Assembly: GCA_964016885.1 (NCBI GenBank)
Contig: OZ024740.1
Location: forward strand, 430,156,001-430,220,000
Length of the DNA stretch: 64,000 bases
Direction: 5' to 3'
From: Eledone cirrhosa
Lineage: Eukaryota
Made by a program: the position numbers and the translations under genes. The number at the start of each line of letters is the position of its first letter. Position 1 is the first letter of the stretch. Under the pieces are notes generated by a model. That model was not told the origin of the DNA. It worked only from the letters and a program-made list of their open reading frames with translations, and ran no database searches. Below are positions 61,601 through 64,000 of this stretch, in pieces.

Positions 61601-64000
61601 TAACACTAACCCTAACCTTCTAAATATTGTTTAGAGGGTAACACTAACCCTAACCCTCTAAATATTGTTTAGAGGGTAACACTAACCCTAACCCTCTAAA
61701 TATGGTTTAGAGGGTAACACTAACCCTAACCTTCTAAATATTGTTTAGAGGGTAACACTAACCCTAACCTTCTAAATATTGTTTAGAGGGTAACACTAAC
61801 CCTAACCCTCTAAATGTTGTTTAGAGGATAACACTAACCCTAACCTTCTAAATATTGTTTAGAGTGTAACACTAACCCTAACCCTCTAAATATTGTTTAG
61901 AGGGTAACTCTAACCCTAACCTTCTAAATATTGTTTAGAGTGTAACACTAACCCTAACCCTCTAAATATTGTTTAGAAGATAATACTAACACTAACCCTT
62001 TAAATATTGTTCAGAGGGTAACACTAACCCTAACACTCTCAATGTTGTTTAGAGGGTAACACTCATCCTAACCCTCTAAATATTGTTTAGAGTATAACAC
62101 TAACACTAACCTACTAAATGTTGTTCAGAGGATAACACTAACCCTAACACTCTAAATATTGTTTTTTAGGGTAACACTAACCCTAACATTCTAAATATTG
62201 TTTAGAGGGTGACACTAACCCTAACCTTCTGAATATTGTTTAGAGGGTAACACTAACCCTAACCCACTAAATGTTGTTTAGAGGGTAACACTAATCCTAA
62301 CACTCTAAATATTGTTTAGAGGGTAACACTAACCCTAACACTCTAAATATTGTTTAGAGGGTAACACTAACCCTAACCTCTAAATATTGTTTAGAGGGCA
62401 ACACTAACCCTAACCTTCTAAATATTGTTTAGAGGGTAACACTAACCCTAACCCTCTAAATATTGTTTAGAGGATAATACTAACATTAACCCTCTAAATA
62501 TTGTTCAGAGGGTAACACTAACCCTAACCCTCTAAATAATGTTCAGAGGGTAACACTAACCCTAACCCTCTAAATATTGTTTAGAGGGTAACACTAACCC
62601 TAACCCTCTAAATATGGTTTAGAGGGTAACACTAACCCTAACCCTCTGAATGTTGTTTAGAGAATAACACTAACCCTAACCTTCTAAATGTTGTTCAGAG
62701 GGTAACACTAACCCTAACCCTCTAAATGTTGTTTAGAGGATAACACTAACCCTAACCTTCTAAATGTTGTTTAGAGGGTAACACTAACCCTAACCTTCAA
62801 AATATTGTTTAGAGGGTAACACTAAGCCTAAACCTCTAAATGTTGTTTAGAGGGTAACACTAACCCTAATCCTCTAAATGTTGTTTAGAGGGTAACACTA
62901 ACCCTAACCCTCTAAATATTGTTTAGAGGGTAACACTAACCCTATCCTTCTAAATGTTGTTTAGAGGATAACACTAACGCTAACACTCTAAATATTGTTT
63001 TTTAGGGTAACACTAACCCTAACCTTCTAAATATTGTTTAGAGGGTAACACTAACCCTAACCCTCTAAATATTGTTTAGAGGGTAACACTAACCCTAACC
63101 CTCTAAATATGGTTTAGAGGGTAACACTAACCCTAACCTTCTAAATATTGTTTAGAGGGTAACACTAACCCTAACCTTCTAAATATTGTTTAGAGGGTAA
63201 CACTAACCCTCACCCTCTAAATGTTGTTTAGAGGATAACACTAACCCTAACCTTCTAAATATTGTTTAGAGTGTAACACTAACCCTAACCCTCTAAATAT
63301 TGTTTAGAGGGTAACTCTAACCCTAACCTTCTAAATATTGTTTAGAGTGTAACACTAACCCTAACCCTCTAAATATTGTTTAGAAGATAATACTAACACT
63401 AACCCTCTAAATATTGTTCAGAGGGTAACACTAACCCTAACACTCTCAATGTTGTTTAGAGGGTAACACTCATCCTAACCCTCTAAATATTGTTTAGAGT
63501 ATAACACTAACACTAACCTACTAAATGTTGTTCAGAGGATAACACTAACCCTAACACTCTAAATATTGTTTTTTAGGGTAACACTAACCCTAACATTCTA
63601 AATATTGTTTAGAGGGTGACACTAACCCTAACCTTCTGAATATTGTTTAGAGGGTAACACTAAGCCTAAACCTCTAAATGTTGTTCAGAGGGTAACACTA
63701 ACCCCAACCCTCTAAATATTGTTTAGAGGGTAACACTAACCCTAAACTTCTAAATATTGTTTAGAGGGTAACACTAACCCTAACCTTCTAAATATTGTTT
63801 AGAGGGTAACACTAATCCTAACCCTCTAAATGTTGTTTAGAGGATAACACTAACCCTAACCTTCTAAATGTTGTTCAGAGGGTAACACTAACCCTAATCC
63901 TCTAAATGTTGTTTAGAGGGTAACACTAACCCTAAACCTCTAAATATTGTTTAGAGGATAATACTAACACTAACCCTCTAAATATTGTTCAGAGGGTAAC
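58685..64000. repeat. 38-bp telomere-like hairpin satellite, about 140 units, open at the right window edge
   Basis: Unit TAACAC TAACCC TAACCC TCTAAA TATTG TTTAGAGGG. Confidence 0.98.

Noticed and set aside
58685-64000. True telomere at the right end
   Set aside because: There is no pure (TTAGGG)n tract and the strand polarity is wrong for a right-hand end.

Overview
Eukaryotic, repeat-saturated DNA, probably from an octopus or related cephalopod (inferred from the tRNA-derived SINE families, TTAGGG-type telomeric hexamers and microsatellite density; not verifiable here). It has three zones. (1) 1-31681 is an 87-bp minisatellite of about 365 units with higher-order duplications. All the giant ORFs in the track come from it, and I do not call them genes. 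(2) 31.7-58.7 kb is a mosaic of SINEs, LINE fragments (CRE-like, R4/Dong-like, two RTE-type), MITEs and microsatellites around one real gene, an intronless SNRNP48 (48488-49801). (3) 58685-64000 is a 38-bp satellite made of telomeric hexamers plus a perfect hairpin. The strongest unannotated signal is a set of minimal hammerhead ribozymes (CUGAUGA...GAAA + 6-nt palindrome + UH) carried by short, ORF-less, fold-back duplicated, (TA)n-anchored elements that resemble Penelope pseudo-LTRs. One is a 1.4-kb palindrome in which one arm's ribozyme has a catalytic-core mutation. Several of these diverged elements also share a bipartite terminal motif. All alignments and structures were read by eye.
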